A DNA stretch of 64,000 bases, taken from Takakia lepidozioides (lineage: Eukaryota; Plantae; Bryophyta). The stretch lies in the NCBI GenBank assembly GCA_030704615.1, contig CM060734.1:1116001-1180000 (forward strand), written 5' to 3'. Shown in pieces: positions 40,321-52,576 of the stretch; the stretch's first letter is position 1; the number at the start of each line of letters is the position of its first letter. The notes below the pieces were generated by a model. The model was not told the DNA's origin. It saw nothing but the letters and a program-made list of their open reading frames with translations, and made no database searches. A program made the translations under genes and the position numbers.

Positions 40321-40990
40321 CTAGAGTCAAAATCTCAAGCACCTGAATCATTATTTTTTCTTGTACTCTAACCGTACAGGTTGTGACAGTAGATGATTCC
40401 AAAAACTGAGATTATAATTCATGGCATCCATGTTATGATGAAACATAGAGAAGTCTCAGTTTTATCATAGATCAAAGCTCCCACTACCGAGTTGTATCCT
40501 AAATTGATCTGCAACTACAAGTAATGGAGCTTGAACAATGTATAACCAGACTGTCTCTCTGGTTAACATTTTTCAAAAACTAGGTATTCATAAACACATA
40601 CCGAGCCTCTGAAAACAGGGATCTTTAAAGAAAAACTCCAGGTAAAAGTTGTTTCCAAACAAGTAGTATTACCAAGTGTGCCAATCCACTGTGTATTTCT
40701 GACCTGTGGAGCCAGGTAGCGTTATGCTACTGTTATGCATTCTACTTAGAACCAGCATGAAATCCAGGGCAGAGCACATTAGTTCATGCTTTTTGATTTC
40801 TGTCCCCTAGGCTATTAATCTTGGTTGGTTTCAACTCAGCTTCTCAGTGTAGTATGACCATCCATTGGCCTATGCAAAATGACATTAGAATCCACTCTAT
40901 GTAGTGTAGATTCAACTGTGTCTTGTCAAATCAATCCTACAGAGAAACTAGAAACAGCAGTCTCATAGAGTTCCCTGGCTCTTATGTGCA

Positions 40991-41600
40991 GGGAAAAAAA
41001 AATTGAAAACCTCCCCCCTCAAATGCCAAGCACCCTTGCCTCTTCCAGTTCGAACTCTCGGACTCAGGACGCGAAGCATCCAAAGTACCCTCAAGCTCGA
41101 GAACGGGGAGGCAAAGGTAAAAAAAATGGGAGGGAGGCCTGCCCTTTTATACTCCCCCCCCCGCCCATACCCCCAAACCCAACCCCCCCCCCCCCCCCCC
41201 ACCGCATCCTGCACACAGCGCCACGTGGTGGTCCCTCCGACGACCGCGCGTGGCGGTCGCCCAACCACCCACCCTGCCACGTGCTCGTATTGCAGCCGCG
41301 GCCCGCCAGGCGACCGGCACGTGGCGGTTGCCCTGTTCTCCCTCCCGGCGACGGCACGTGGCGGTCGCCCTCTTCTCCCGCCTGCGACCTGAACGTGGCG
41401 GTCGTCCCGCCTGCCCCTCCGGGCACCCCCCTGCCGCTTGACCGCCACCTCAACGGAGGCGACTGGCGCTTGATGATGCCCTGCCGCCAGCTCACTGGCT
41501 CCGAGGTGACCGCCACTTTGGCGTCACACCTGCCACCTCCTTGGGCTCGTCGGCAATTGTGCCAAATCCCGTCAGTGTCGCTGACGCCAACGTGACGTCA
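40991..41600. mobile_element. GC-rich probable Mutator-like TIR/subterminal region with repeated CACGTGG motifs
   Basis: Begins GGGAAAAAAAAATTGAAAACCTCCCCCCTC. Several GCCACGTG/CACGTGGCG copies. No partner TIR or TSD found. Confidence 0.35.
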
Positions 41601-42178
41601 CTGCAACTGGGCCGAGCCTAGGAAGAAGAGGGATAGTCTTCCTCTCCCAATGCCCCTCCTTCACCGGGTGTTTGAGTTCAAGTCACTCCTGATGGAAGGG
41701 CCAATGCTCCCTACCCCAGTGCCTAAATACTTTGTTTTAACAAAGGAGTGGCAAACACCTATCATAATCCAATAGGTTCACCCAAGTTCAATAAGGTGAC
41801 TCTAAGTCCCTTAAGTCAATAAGTTCAATCAGTTTAATAAACGCACCAAATGGTACAGGTAGAAAGGTGAGACATTCAACTGCACTGCCCGGCTCTTGCC
41901 TGGATGTTTCCTTTTCCACTAGCTTCAGTTGGCGCCCTCTCTCACTGTTCAATATTGAGATGTATGAGTTACCATCCTAGATACCACCTGCACTCTGGGC
42001 CTCACAGTAATGCACAACACATGCCACACCAGCGTGTAACAAACACTTTTGATTCGACAGATTTATAGCAGACAAATGCGTGAAACACTGGCACTAGACA
42101 TGGTTAAATGAAATACCAGCCAAAACCTAGTCAAGTAAGCGTTGTGAACAAACAGCCTTCCGTCCCAGTACCACTAAC

Positions 42179-42898
42179 CAAATCTTTGTAGAAAGGAGTT
42201 TGCTCAGGAAGCAGAGCTTTGTCTGCATCCAGACCCTTGCTTGCATACTGCTCCCCATAACATTTCGTGTCTAGCTGTCCAGCCCCATAGTCAGGTGGAC
42301 CTGACAGAAACGCAAACACGCGAGCTGCAATACAATCCCACAATTAGTCACAATCTGCGTAACTCCAGCAACTTGCTGGCAACAACGTATTCAGTCCACA
42401 TGCTTCAACTTTTGGCCCTGTCTGCACCTTGACTTCTTCGGTAGGAAGGAGTCAAAGGCCAAAGACATGCCATCCTCAACATAGTCAGTGCAGATTCAGC
42501 ACAAAATGATAAGAGCCGTCAAAAGACAGAACTAAGCTGATTGCAGTGGCGAAGTTTCGTGCAACATTCTCCAGATAAGTAAGAAGTACTGCTATGTTGA
42601 AACGGATGTATTTATCACTCACAGATTACTGAATAGCAAGCACAGAACTCTTTTTATATGAAGCACGGTAGTTAAAACCTGGGGCAAAGCACTGATACAA
42701 ACACTACACCAATTGACAGGCACATGAGTAACTGAGGCATTACGTATTCACCAATTTCTAAGTGTTTGGTAGGTGTTTGTTAGGCATTCCCACAACATAA
42801 CCCAAACTGCAAGCAGCCAATGATGAGGCATGTTTAGTACCCATAGCAAAAGTTATCCCATGTTCAGATCCCAAATACTTGACGAGGGCATCCATGGC
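42179..42898 (-). pseudogene. Orphan two-exon fragment of a plant Sec23/Sec24-family gene
   Basis: Partial exon 42841-42898 (AMDALVKYLGSEHGITFAM) and exon 42179-42324 (ARVFAFLSGPPDYGAGQLDTKCYGEQYASKGLDADKALLPEQTPFYKDL) join in frame across a GT-AG intron. Neighbouring exons were not found. Confidence 0.75.
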
Positions 42899-42899
42899 T

Positions 42900-43003
42900 C
42901 AACGGCGATTGTCTTAAGTTGTTCTTAACCTAATGATTAAGTGGGCAGAATTTAGGTTAAGTGGGAGGGGGTGTCAATCAGCTATTAATCAATTTTTAAC
43001 CCC
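42900..43003. mobile_element. Mutator-like TIR (single end)
   Basis: (rc) GGGGTTAAAAATTGATTAATAGCTGATTGACACCCCCTCCCACTTAACC... It abuts and truncates the Sec23/24 exon. Confidence 0.45.
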
Positions 43004-43303
43004 TAAAAAAAACAAAAAAAAACTTATAGAATGAATGAAGTAACTGTGAGTACAACAAGTCATTATGAGTGTACAAAGCGCCGCCGTTTGTCACGACCGA
43101 TAAATTGGGAGATGGTTAGTTATTTATGGTTGTAGGACAATCGTATCCGTATATGACAGCTGTTAGGTTAAGCCATCTTGTGCGATAGATAGGAGTGGGG
43201 CCTTTCTTGCCATTTTCACTGTCTGTCCATTGCTCTTGCAGCTCAGATAATTTGTCGTTGAAGTGTGAGTGCAGTGAGTGTAGAGAGAGTGTTTCTCCGA
43301 GAG

Positions 43304-45941
43304 ATGAAGAAAGTCATCAGGATGGTGAAAAAAGCTGTGCAGCAGGCTTTACCAGGAGCAGTTTCGATGATGGCAGGGGAGTTGCGAGGGGGAGATATTA
43401 ATTTGATTATGGGCGGTCGTGAGCGGAGAGCACAGTGGAGACAGTCCGGGATGTTAGAGTTCTTGTTATTGTCTGCAAAGAGTCTGCCAAAGGCCAGTAT
43501 GGCCACGGTCATGCAATTCTATAATTCTTATGATCCTGTTACTAGGACTGGAACAGTCAATAACATCGAGATACTAGTTGATGTGCGTACTGTCATGGAG
43601 GTCTTGCTACTGCCTCAGGCCAGTTTTGATGTCGAGGGTTTTAAGGACGAGTCTTTTGTTCCTGAGGATTACTTCAAGGGGGGTTCCACTGCATGTAATC
43701 AGACGGGAGGCTAGGCTGTTGCCAAGGCGCTTAAGCAAGAGTTAATGGAATGGATGAAGTTCGCAGTTAGTCGATTGGCATTGAAGAAAGTGTCCACTTA
43801 TGTAGCAATTGAATGCAGTGGTATCAACATTTCAAGGTTTTCAACTAAATTGGGCAAAGTTTGTTTGCGGGAAGATCCATGAGGAATTGATCTCCAAAAG
43901 GAAGAGTGGGAAGACAGACATATTGAACTGTGCAATCTATTTGTCTATGATTTTGCAGCATCGATTGAAGATACTGGCCCCAGCCGATGTGATTGCTACC
44001 ATGATTATTGACAAACCAGAGTCAAGCAAAGCGAATGAAAGGGTTTCAACACTGGCGGCAGTTAATACCAGTGTTGCAATGGTGGTGTCGGGAGGCAAAA
44101 ATGCAAGCAGCCAATCGTCTTTTGCGACGAAGCTCCGTGACTTAGCTGAGGGATTGCAAGTGGTAGCAGCAGAAGCCCTTGATCACGAGGACTTGCAAAA
44201 GGAATTGGCCGATTTGAGGGTTACGCACACTGCCACCCTATCGCGAAATCAACAATTACAGCTTGCGTGGGATGATGCGAAGAAGAGAATGGAAGCGGAT
44301 GCAAAGGAACTCCAGAAATTTCAGGAGCAGTGGAAGATGAAAGAGATTCAGTATCAGAAAATTGTTGTTGAGAATGATGTAGCGATTGCCATGCAGACAG
44401 AGTAGATAAAGTCGAAGGAGGCTCGTGTTAATGAATTGGAGAGACAATTGGCAGAGACTACCAAGCAAGTGGCGGAGATGGGGAAACAACCTTCAACCAT
44501 AGACACCCCTGAGGAACGATATATACCATTGCAGCAGGAGTTTGCTTCTTATCGCACTGAGCAGGAAGAGGAAATGAATGTGATGGAGGAGACCATGAAA
44601 GCACAAATGTCGGAATTGGACCAATTCCGAGAGACGATGAGACCCGCAGCAGTGGTTGGGCTCAGTGTTTTACAGGGATCTGGCATGATGTGTGTTATGC
44701 TCAGAGTCTCAGTCAAGGCTATTTGTATGACAGTGCTATTTTGAAATTGTTTTTCAATGGCGGAGAGGAGCCGATTGATTTGGAGGAGGATTGGGAGGAC
44801 CTGTGCACCTATTGCATGGAAAATTTGGCCGTGGAGATGGTGGTTAGGGGAGAATTGGTAGTAGCCCATCCCGAGCAGTTTTTGTTTGTTGTTGGTGATC
44901 CTGCCAGCCGTTGTTTTCTGTATTATAAGCAATTGGAGGATAGGCTGGAAGCATTTCGACAGTCACACCTCGAGGATAGGCGATGAAATCGAGTACATGC
45001 TTGTGGATTTCTCTCTACTATTCCGAAGCCAGATGACAAATTGTTGTCAAGGTTCCTGGAAATGGTAAAACATCTTGTGGCTCAAGTATTGGACGAGAAC
45101 CAGTTCCATACAATGTTGGAGAGAGCTCATCGCAGGTATAGACTGGTTTCGGAGTGTTTACACGGATCTGCTTATGTCTGGACGCAGACCGCGATAGCAG
45201 AGGGTAGGAAGATGGATGGAAGCAAAATCATGGCCGGAGTTATGACCGCCAAATGGATGGAGGATTTGTATATCAATCAACCCAGTGCCACTCAAGTTTC
45301 TCAAGTGGGGTTCGTGATTTTTGAACAATGTCATTTTCCTACTAACTGGGAGTACCACATTGCAACAGGCGAGTGGATTGCAAAGTTGGGCATCAGGCCA
45401 ACACCAATCAGTGGACCATGGCCGCGAAATATTACAGGTAGATTTGGGGTATGTGTTTGTTCACGTCGTGGTCAATGGCGAGAACGAGCATCTGACGTCA
45501 TTACCTTATAATTGGCCATTGATTCCTGGAGAGTTCAGCATTGCATAAAATTGTGAAACATCATACAAATCATTCCAGGGACTGCATGCGACTCATTATG
45601 ACTCTTTGTGTTTTATGGCATCGATCTTTTGCGGGGTATTGGCAAAGTGGTGTCATTTTTATCATGTTGTTGTTGATATTAACAGGCCAATGTTGGGAGG
45701 ACATGAGTTTGGGATGGTGGCCAAGTTATTGCATCATCCGGCCTAGGAAATGAGGGTGTTGGAATTGATGTGTTTGACATGATTTCTTTAGTGTGCGGAT
45801 CCTGCCGTGTATGATGATTGGGGGCCCTTGCGATACCATCCTTACATGGCATTCAAGCAGTTGCAGGAGGAGGGTGATGAGCGTGACCACCGTCGATCGC
45901 ATGAACCTGAAGAGAGACGGGAAAAGAGGCCTAAGAATTAG
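43304..45941 (+). pseudogene. Long (~850-codon) retroelement accessory ORF: plant-transposon-protein-like N-terminus, coiled coil, unknown C-terminus
   Basis: ORF-track pieces 43265-43714, 43809-44405, 44436-, 44690-, 45041- and 45321- chain via stops and frameshifts. The N-terminus (VMQFYNSYDP..V....VDVRTVMEVLLLP..G; LNWAKFVCGKIHEEL) parallels the 34781-35449 ORF. It ends in the basic tail REKRPKN*. Confidence 0.6.
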
Positions 45942-46520
45942 TTGCAGGCGACTTTGTGTTTGCGGGGGCGCTACACAATTAGGAGTGGGGCTATGTATAA
46001 TAATAGGAATTTCTGACTCAATTACAATTCTAAAAAATTTTAATGTTTTTTTCCATCGATATACTCTGCGATACCTTCGATATTGTTGCGATAGAGCAGT
46101 GTTCATCGATATCTTGTATGCAGCCGATAGTCTATCCTTGACTGGATGATAGAAGAAATGGATGAATGATTATAAAAGATGGATAGAAGAGGTTGAGCGA
46201 TTATTAAAGTTGTTGGAGCGTCTGCTATATATTGCATTCATGTGAAGCAGACGGTGTCAGTTGAGCCAGAGAGCTGTGACCAGGGAGAGTAGAGCAGAGT
46301 AGAGTAAAATGAGTGAGTAAGAGTTGGAAGATAGAATTATTCTTCAATGGTAGATTAAGTACTGCATTCTTGTGATGTTGTGTTCGTAAATGAATAGAAG
46401 AGAAGAAGAAGAAAAAAAAAGTTCAATTCACTTTGTGTTGTGTGAAGAATGGAATGATGGAATGAGAATTTGATTCTGAATGTAATGGTTGAAGAACTAT
46501 AATTATGTGAGATAGTGAGA

Positions 46521-46844
46521 ATGTGCACAAATGGAGAGGATAAAGATTCTGAGCGAGAATTAATTCCTAGCTTACCCAGAGAAATATTGATTCGGATATT
46601 TAAGAGTTTATCTTGTAATGAGGCAGAGTTAGTTTGAATAGAAAGTGTGAGTAAATCCTGGAGTAATGAATTATCAATTCTTTATAAACATCGTCAATTG
46701 GGACGTAAATGGATCAGTATGTGGTGTTGTCCGATAGATGGTTATCCAGAGTTCATGAAGGAGCAGATTAAGGAAATGAAGATAAAAAGTCTTCGATTGG
46801 ATTAACTGGAGGAGTATAACGGTGAAGTAAAATCATTTGCATAG
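46521..46844 (+). pseudogene. F-box mini-ORF 1 (two internal stops)
   Basis: MCTNGEDKDSERELIPSLPREILIRIFKSLSCNEAELV*IESVSKSWSNELSILY...; shows the F-box pattern L..LP.E.L..IF..L...V.K.W. Confidence 0.65.
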
Positions 46845-46849
46845 CAAAG

Positions 46850-47173
46850 AGCAATGATGAGGGAATAAAAGAAGTATCAGAGTTGATCACTGGATTACCA
46901 GATCATTTATCGATAATAATCTTTCAGAAGCTTTGTTGTAGCGATAAAGAAGTATTTTTATTACAATTAGTCAATAGAAGATGGTACAGAGAGATATCAA
47001 TTCTATACAGGAGTTGTTATTGGAAGCACAGTTGGTTGTAGACATGGTATAGACTGTTTGAAGACTATCCTGAACTTATGAGGGAGTGGAGTAATTCTTT
47101 TGGTGAGGGAAAATCCCTGGAGCAACTGAAGAAACAAGATTGGTGGTGAAGAGCAATCGATAGTGATGTGTGA
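46850..47173 (+). pseudogene. F-box mini-ORF 2 (internal stops, no in-frame ATG)
   Basis: SELITGLPDHLSIIIFQKLCCSDKEVFLLQLVNRRWYREISILYRSCYW...YPELM; paralogous to units 1 and 3. Confidence 0.65.
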
Positions 47174-47453
47174 AAAAAAACGGATAGTAGATCCTGTAGA
47201 ATTAATTACTGGACTACCTAATAGTCTGTCGTTAGATATCTTTAAAAGACTGCAATGTAGTGACAGAGAGATAATCAATTTATGGCTGGTGAATAAAGGA
47301 TGGTGTCGAGAGCTATTGACCTTGTATCAAGCAGATCACTGGAGGAGAGAATTAGATGAACAATGGTATTTGATCTCAGCCAATGGGATAGAGTTGATAG
47401 AGAATGGAGGGAATATCATTGAAACTGGTAGAGTCTTAGTTGCTATAGATTGA
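47166..47453 (+). CDS. F-box mini-ORF 3 (open, 95 aa)
   Basis: MCEKKRIVDPVELITGLPNSLSLDIFKRLQCSDREIINLWLVNKGWCRELLTLYQADHW...; F-box motif followed by only a short C-terminal tail. Confidence 0.65.
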   Translation: MCEKKRIVDPVELITGLPNSLSLDIFKRLQCSDREIINLWLVNKGWCRELLTLYQADHWRRELDEQWYLISANGIELIENGGNIIETGRVLVAID

Positions 47454-47637
47454 GACAAGTAATGGTAGAAAGCTCTTTGTGGAGAGAATGAAGGGAAATA
47501 GAGTAGCATGGCATCATTATGTTGTTGTCGTATAGTGCTTTCCCCAGCGAACGAACTCTAGACTAATTGATCCTTTCCTTAGGGTTGATTATAGTTTTAT
47601 TCTACAGGTAGGACTTAGATAGTGACCATAGCATCAT

Positions 47638-48927
47638 GTACGACCACGGACCCCTGCACTAACCGCAGTCAGGTAGGCGGTTCAGTGAGCCCAACCTACA
47701 CCGCAACTTACCACGGCCTGCCGTCACCCTGACCGCGTGCGCTCAGGGCTCGTCATATAAATGGTGCGTCTGCAAGAGGTAAGTGAATAGTCAGGACTCC
47801 TTGTATTCCGAATATAAGGAAGATTAGACGTTTGTCATTCTCCTCTGGGATCTTGTTTTTACCTTACGTTTTATGTTTTGACTCGGGCAGGAAAAGACTG
47901 AGTGAACAATTAGGTACATTTAGATAAATTTCTCGCATTTGAGTTAAGCACAGGGCTAACTACATGAAGAGTTTTGAGTGGCAGTATGGCTGCACCATTG
48001 GCGCTCCCTCGCCAGGAGCATTCCTTTGAGTACCGGGTGATCGGACTTTATCGCATCATTTCTAGCACCAGGACTGGAGACGTACCTGGCCCCGAGGTCA
48101 TAGTGATTTGCAGGCTGATGCGACGACGCATCTTGACCATTGCAGAGGAGTATCGGGAGTATTGGATCTCCGCACGAGTTGGACCCCGAGGCCCCGGAGC
48201 CCGGACGGCCCCCATTGCTCATTTTTTTCGGTTCAACACTCGTTGGCCAGGCTGTTGCCAGCCACCCTTTCTTGCTTATATTCATTTTGATTCGGCCCTT
48301 GAGGTCCATCTTGCGTGGGCACCATCACCAACACCGTGTTGTACACGTGCAGTAGGGTCGCTAGGCGGTCCGCTCCGTTGAGGGAGTGTGTGGGGCGCAC
48401 TATTTGCGGACATCGCCCCGCCTTCGTAGACTGGTTGATTGGAGTCGGCCCAGGAGAGGACGGAGTCGAGAGTGAGCGCCTCCCACACCCGAGGAGGGCC
48501 TGCTGACCATTCTTGCCTCCTCGGTACTATCACCGAGGAACCACGCCATCAGCTCTTACTCGTGAGTTGATTTCATTTGGTTCATTAACGCTGCTAGGCA
48601 CAATTAGAGATTGCCCGGTAGAGAGTTCTTTTGTTGCATCACCTGCTGTAGCTCGTAGGACACTACCCCCGGACCCAGTTCGGTCAGTAGTTTTTCCTTT
48701 TGGTCAGGGTCCCTTTGGCACAGTTGCCTTGTTTACCGCCCCAAGTGGTACAGACTTCATCGCCTGGTTGTTCGGAGACAACCAAGGCAGGGAAGTGATG
48801 GTACACCCGTCGCGCACCTCACTTCGGTAAGCTCCCCTTCAAGTCATAGTTACTCGCTTTGATGCGCGCGCCTAACTCCCAATCTGGCCGCCGGGCCTTC
48901 TTGGAGCTTCGGCTGCTCACCGGGACA
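47638..48927 (-). mobile_element. Putative ~1.3-kb LTR containing a plus-strand (antisense) ORF cassette
   Basis: The right edge (48927) with adjacent PPT matches the 35801 LTR edge. The left edge at TGTACGAC (47638) is tentative. Contains TATAAAT (~47756), donor GAG|GTAAGT (~47779), an acceptor near 47953, and ORFs 47986-48381 and 48513-48830. Confidence 0.5.
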
Positions 48928-49080
48928 TAACGGTCCCCCTTTATTCTTCCAAAAGACCCTCCACCAATTTGGGCCTAGTGGAAATTCCGTTTGGTAGATG
49001 GCAGTCCGGAATAGCTCCCCACTCCTTGGTCGCTTTCCGGCTTGCTCGCTTACTCACTAGTTTTTGGTCACCAACGGGCT

Positions 49081-51440
49081 TGCACCGTTCTCGGGGTTAC
49101 TACTCCCTACATATACTTCTGTGACTGTCTGCGGGGGTTTCACAAACAACCATGCCATTTTATGGCGAACCACCACGAAGACCCTCGACTCCCAGTGATG
49201 AGTCGCGGTGAGTCTTGGCCCACCCACCACGGCCCCATTGGACCGTGCTGAGTCCCAAGACTCCCCACGACTCCCACCACAAGGTCTCCGCCCCATGGTG
49301 AGTCCTATGCCACTCCCACTAAGTCTCGCTAAGCTACCACCACCCCTTGTGGAGCCACCCCCACCGCAACCCGGTGTGCGGGGCTCCACCTAGTGAGCGC
49401 CTCCGTCTCCTTGAGTGCCTTGGGCACTCAAGGGTGCTTCAACCCCAGTACCTATCGCTGCCACTGCCCCCACCACAGGGGCAACCCCTCCTGCGTCCCG
49501 ACCCCCTACCCTCAAGGCAAAGGGGCCGCGACACACACCCCTACCAACAGGGAGTCGATGTCCTCATCGACTTGTCCATTTTGTAGAAACGTACATCATA
49601 AAAGTTGTGGCGTCCCACATCAAGGAGTTTGTTTCCGTACCATGGCGTCCCATGGCAAAAGAACCAAACCCCACACTTGACTCTACTCTCCACTAGCTAG
49701 TTCGGCCGACTTCTTCCAAGTCGCGGCCAAGGGTGGAGCCTCTCAAGCCCCACCGAGTGCACTCTTCTTGGCCTACTTCAAGGCCAAGGAACGATGCTCC
49801 CCGAGGATCGAATCGCCTTACTGCAACAACATTGCTTGCGATCGCTCATGATGCCGCTTTTGGCATCACTTTGAGAAAGGGTTCACCTTGAACCCTTTTT
49901 TACTAGGAAGATAACCTTGAACCAACCGTGCGCCCCAATCACTACAATTGGGTCCGCCTTGGAATGCTGGCCTGAGGTACGGGAACACACTGAAGCCGCA
50001 CTACGACTTCGTCCCGAGGCTACACGATTATAGTATGTGAACGGAAGCACATAGCTTCCGCGTTAGCCCGCACTACAAGGCAACCCCCTCGGTAGCGCAG
50101 TTATAGTACGCGCACGCGCCAGGTGCGCACTAGCACGTGAACTCCCAAAGACGGCGCAAGTTTCCTTGCCCCTCTGATGGGAATCACCCGATTTCAGCAC
50201 TGCGCAAACACACAATTAATCCAATTTACCTCTCCCACTTTTGTAAGCTAGCATGCATTCTACACACTAGCCAACCATACCATGCATCACCATTCCAAAC
50301 AAAATAGGAGGCGCAACATTTGGCAACCATTTCATTTATAACAAAATTTGTACAACACAAGTTTTTGCAATCGGATTCCTGAGCTAGCTAAGCCGGGCTA
50401 AGCATGCATTTCCTCCCCCTCGATCCAAGGTTGATGTCCCCATCAACGCTTCTTCCGCTTTTGAGGTCGCCCTTCAAAAGCTGCAACCGCCTCGGATGCG
50501 TTTCCCATTTCTGAGGCACGCACCCAAGTTGCCTCCACATGATAATAGCCATTCCATTTCACGAGATACTCCGTTTCTTGATTCTTGAACCTCCTCGACT
50601 TAAGCACTGCCTCCACCTCGTACTCAGGTTCATTTTCATGATCCAACAGCACAGGTGGCGGACGCAACACTTGATGCCGATTCGGACGCGCTTCATTTTT
50701 GAAGTAAGGCTTCAAAAGGGAGACGTGGAATATCGGATGCACCTTGCTGTTTGCCGGCAGCTCCAATTCATACACATCCTCATTCATAACCTTCCAGATG
50801 CGAAAGGGTCCCACATACGGAGGTACGAACTTCGGACTCACTTCCAGAGGTAGTCGGAAATTCTTGATGTTCAACCAGACCTCCGTGCCTGCCTCAAACT
50901 TAACTTCCCTCCGCTTCCGATTCGCCTGCCTTTCATATCGTTTCCTAGCTTTGGCAATGTTGTATTTTGCGAGCTTCAACAAACGCTCGCGTTCTTCTAG
51001 CACCGCCGCTGCTGCCGGTTCCTCAACATCCTGGGCGGCCCAACTTGTCGGCCCAATACAAAAGGGGAAACTCCCGTTGCGGAGTGTTTTGTGTTATTAT
51101 AACAGAACTCTGCCGCGTCCAAGTGCTGCACCCAATCTGATTGGTCTGCCGACACGTAATTCCGCAAGATCTGCTTCACCACGGAATTCACTCTTTCCGT
51201 TTGGCCGTCCGTCGTAGGTCGGAAGGCGGTGCTCATCTTGAGCCTCGTCCCCATCTTTTTCCAAAGTGCCCTCCAAAATTTACTCGTAAACTTTGGATCG
51301 CGGTCCGAGACAATATCCTTCGGGAGTCCATGATGCTTGAAGACGTGGGCGAAGTAAAGTCGGCCCGTCTCCTGCGCCGTTGCCGTCTCCTTGGTGAGGA
51401 TGAAATGTTCCATTTTACTGAACCTATCCACCACCGCACC
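49081..51440 (-). mobile_element. Chromovirus (Ty3/Gypsy) 3' fragment, copy 1: partial integrase, chromodomain, PPT and 3' LTR
   Basis: IVSDRDPKFTSKFW..STAFRPTTDGQTER; YVGPF; HPIFHVSLLKPY; chromodomain EYEVEAVL..YLVKWNGY..ATW. PPT at 50409-50420. The LTR starts TGCA at 50408; its far end (TGCA at 49081) is tentative. Confidence 0.88.
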
Positions 51441-51899
51441 TAATGTACTTGACCCACAACTATTGGCAGACCAAAGCTTAAGGGATGTTGGAAGTCCAGT
51501 ATTGTCTCTCTCACCTTCTGTGGATGCAAGCCAAGATTCAGTTGCCTCTGACTTGCCCCTGGATGTTGTCGACGAAGGCGATGCCTTCATCAATGAGGAG
51601 ATTCCATATCCATTGCCTCGAGAAGCCACTTTTCTCAGCAATTGAGACCCAAATTATTCAGCTTCAAGCGGACATGGATTTTTCAAAGGCCCCAATCACT
51701 CTCCAAATGAAAATCATCTCAAGGCTATTTGGAGGGCAAGCTTGTGATGGCCCCACAGACTATGCCTCTATGGGACTGGGCCAACTACTTTCTATTGCAG
51801 GTTAACACTAGCAGTCCCCATCATGACACAAACCCTTATGCTTTTCACTGCCTACAAATTCATTTGTATTTTAAATTAACTATATCGGTTTCATTCCAA

Positions 51900-52550
51900 T
51901 GCAGGTGCTAACTCAGTTGAAGTCAATGCACCTACTTCTTGGCAACAACTATCCAAAACCTATGAAAAGCTTGGCATGCCCAAACCTGTTAGGTGGCGGG
52001 TATGCATAGGCAAGACAAACGAACCCCATGCCCCAGAGTCATTACTTCCAAGCTCAGAGGACGGTCCACATGTAGTTAAGTGTCGTTGTGGCAGGGGTGT
52101 CAAACGTAACTGTCCCATTTGTTGTGAAAACTGTTCAGTATGTGGAAACTTTCGAAAGGATACTCTGGGATTTGACTATCTATCCATTGCAGCTCAACTT
52201 GCAATGCAGTGCAAAAGCCCTACTCAAATTTTTGGAATTATGGCGTCATCGAGAAAACTAGCATCATAAAGCACGAGACTTCAAACCTGCCAACATTTCA
52301 CAGTTTTGGCATGGAGAAAAAATGAGAACCTGTCAGGCATTATGGGACCCATATAGCCAGTGGGAATTACCCGTCATATGCACTAATGATAATTGCAAGA
52401 TGGCGTTTCGTGCTTTTCCAGAGCCTTGCCCAGAGCTTGTACAAGGCTGGGATATTACATCACGTCAGTACAAATTCTATTGCCCTTCTTGTTCGACCCG
52501 TATTGTGTGTGCCAAACGAACTGAACAGGTACATCCAAATGCCTTGTAAC
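51900..52550 (+). pseudogene. Possible En/Spm-like transposase N-terminal fragment (Cys-rich)
   Basis: PTSWQQLSKTYEKLGMPKP..C...CPIC..C..C...FDYLSIAAQL resembles the P.S...CP.C...Y.SI..QL layout of CACTA-type transposases. Confidence 0.35.
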
Positions 52551-52576
52551 TATGTTCTCAAAACATAGGCACCATT

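Noticed and set aside
43089-43098. TGTCACGACC as a possible LTR start
   Set aside because: No matching LTR end, PBS, PPT or second copy found.
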